64,000 nucleotides of DNA, from the NCBI RefSeq assembly GCF_009914755.1, contig NC_060929.1. One strand, given 5' to 3'. Position numbers and translations under genes: made by a program. Positions 58,741-64,000 of this stretch are shown here, one piece after another (within the stretch, counting starts at the first letter, position 1; every line of letters starts with the position of its first letter). The notes beneath the pieces were generated by a model. That model did not search any database. It worked only from the letters and a program-made list of their open reading frames with translations, and was not told where the DNA came from. Source of the DNA: the human T2T-CHM13v2.0 reference genome, Homo sapiens.

Positions 58741-59394
58741 TACTACCCACATACCTTACCCTGTTTGATCCTGCTTCCCATAGCCTCCCTGACTTTGTTC
58801 TTCTGTTCAATGTTTATCTAATGCCTACTGTTTTCCAGGTACTGTACAATAGAGAGTAAGTTATCCAGGAGTGAGGAAGTTGGCTTTCTTACCTATTTGT
58901 TCCTCAAACACCCCTTCCTTTACCTCCTTCCTTCCTTCCTTTCAACTGAAGTTTACTCTCATTTTACCCTCCCACCGGCTTCCAGTTCTTCCTGCATTGT
59001 TCCTACTCCATTTTTCCTTCTTTCACTGATGTCTTATCACTTCACTTTGATTCTTATCCTCCTAATACACATACATTTTTTCACCTTCTACATTATTCTT
59101 CATCCCATTTGGGGCCATCATAGTGAAAAAAAGGGCTGAATTTTCAAACTAGGAAAGAGAATTCTGTCATGCTGTGTGTATGTGTATATGTGTGTGTGTG
59201 TGTCTGAGGAACACACACATTAATTCACATTCAACAGTAACTCTATAGCTGACTTCTGAACTCCTACGTTTGAACTGTGTGCTTGTTTGCCTCTCTATCC
59301 CCTCTATTTAAGCTCTTAAAATACAAGTCTATTTCTTTGCCTGCCTACCTGTCTGCTCTGTCCTTGCCTCTCTCTCTTTTGGAATTTGTTGTTT

Positions 59395-59470
59395 TAAACA
59401 TCTTTATTGAGATACAACTGATATACAAAGAACTACATGTATTTAATATGTATGATTTGATGAATTTGGA
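59395..59470 (-). mobile_element. L1M 3' terminal fragment
   Basis: tttattgagatacaactgatatac...tttgatgaatttgga, typical reverse L1M end. Confidence 0.55.
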
Positions 59471-59928
59471 TGTCTTTGTTATATTCTAAATGGGAATGCT
59501 TACTGGTTGTTAGTATGAGAAGCTGATTTATGATAATGTGTTTTTGTGTTTGCTTAACTGGCCTCCTACCTATCACCATACTGGTGATGGGTTCAGGATA
59601 CACTACACCAAAATGTGGCAACTTGACATTTGAGAAAACAGCAGAAGCAGGAAGGTCCCTCTCCCTTCTTCCTGGAAGTGGGCCAAAAACCTCTGACCGT
59701 CTTCCTCCTTTTCTCCTGAGGTAGAACATAAAACCCTAATTCCAGAGGTATCCTCCCCATACCCAGAGGAAAGGAGCATCCTTGTCCTCAAGTTACACAG
59801 AGTTACTAAGTAGAATTTGAACAAAGAGACCTTGCTAAGTTTTCTCCAGTTCACTACCACTAGACTATACCTCCTTTGTCCAGTCATACTTCTGCTTGCC
59901 TGTCCACTCTTAATAAGAATCCCAGTCT

Positions 59929-60598
<670 letters not shown>

Positions 60599-60884
60599 CA
60601 GCTTTCCTCATTTTAATCTTCATTGTTTGGTTACTGCTGGGAAAGTTCCATCCCAGTAGCACCAGTTTGGTGTCACAGATTAGTGGGTATGTGACTGGAA
60701 GTGTCTTACATTTCTACATTTCATGGGAAATTGGAGAAACCATTTTCATAAACAGCATCCTTTACCACCTGTGGCTCTGAAGGCCTTTGTTTTCTTTAGG
60801 CTATCTTTGGGGGTGGTTCTGGATCTTGGGAGGACTGAATCTTTTTGTACCCTCTTTTGAGGATATCTCTTTCATCCATGGTTA

Positions 60885-62896
<2,012 letters not shown>

Positions 62897-63778
62897 AGAA
62901 TATATGTATTTTAAGGCATTTCTGTTCTGTCTATTGAACCCTGCTTTTCTCATGGGAACTTCTCGGTTGACTGACCCTTTGCCCCCTTCCCAAACTCCTT
63001 CTGACTATATTTTCTGTCAACTCTCTCCATCTCCCTCTTTCTTCAGCTTCATTGCCTCTTTGGGAAGCGAAGATCCCCCCAGACTAGTTCCTCTAAGACC
63101 TCTTCTTTCCATTTACTTCTGCTTTTCCTTCCTCCTTTTGCTTTGGTCTTCTTTCAGTTCCCTTGAATTCTTGATATGCCACCTTTCTCCCTTCCCTCTC
63201 CAGAACCTCAATTACTGGAACTTTAGGTCTCCGGCTCTCAAGATACTCAGAGACTCCTGAAAGTAACCACTTGAGGCTAAAAGAGAGAAAGAAAAATACT
63301 ATTTGGAAACAAAAAATGGATGTTTGTCTACTTAGATGGGCTTTGGAGGCCGACAGCCACTAGATGTCTCCTCAGTCACTCACCTAAAATTAGTCCATAG
63401 CCTCCATAAGATTAACCTCTGATAATAGACAAATATGCCTCCAAAACTTGCATTCTTTTTCTGTGCCATTGAGTTGTAAATTTTCTACCCTGTCTTCTTT
63501 AGAACCTAATAGTTACCTTTGGGAAATACAAACTTCAGGGAGGGAATTGTCATCAGAAAAAAAAAAAAAAAAAAAGAGCTATTTGAAACCAGGTAAGTAA
63601 AAAATCTTAAAAGTCTTTCCCACAAATATTGGTAAAAAACTTTAGACAACTGAGAAGGTAATCTTAACTTGTTATACCTGCCAAAAACACAATTTAGATC
63701 TAGCCGTTTATTTTATAAATTAGTGTGTTTTGAATTATTGTACCTGGCACATGGCTAACATGTTAAAAGCTGTAAGAT

Positions 63779-64000
63779 CGGCTGGGCACAGTGGCTCACG
63801 CCTGTAATCTCAGCACTTTGGGAGGCCGAGGTGGGCGGATCACGAGGTCAAGAGATCGAGACCATCCTGGCCAACATGGTGAAACCCTGTCTCTACTAAA
63901 AATACAAAAATTAGCTGGGTGTGGTGGCATGCGCCTGTAGTCCCAGCTACTCGGGAGGCTGAGGCAGGAGAATCGCTTGAACCAGGGAGGTAGAGGTTGC
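63779..64000 (+). mobile_element. Alu truncated by the window end
   Basis: Alu consensus. Confidence 0.92.

Overview
Human (primate) genomic DNA, not microbial. The window holds the complete protocadherin-1 gene (PCDH1, delta-1 protocadherin) on the minus strand, about 52.4 kb down to about 27 kb and possibly to about 24.3 kb. I rebuilt the exon structure from GT-AG sites. Exons 52158-52119, 43362-42500, 39362-37167, 31406-31187 and 28391-27997 give a 1237-aa long isoform. Read-through of exon 3 to the stop at 37083 gives a 1060-aa short isoform, and an alternative first coding exon (43535-43448) adds 16 aa. The flanks and introns carry Alu, MIR, L2, L1 and LTR repeats, three CpG islands and several microsatellites. 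I found no new multi-gene system. The most interesting unexplained signals concern RNA processing of PCDH1: a candidate 39-nt stop-containing microexon predicted to escape NMD, two further candidate small exons, a 5' splice-site cluster upstream of the intronic poly(A) site, a motif shared by two poly(A) sites, a possible extended 3'UTR with a degenerate repeat array, and six RFX X-box-like palindromes. Repeat boundaries and subfamily calls are approximate and made by eye.
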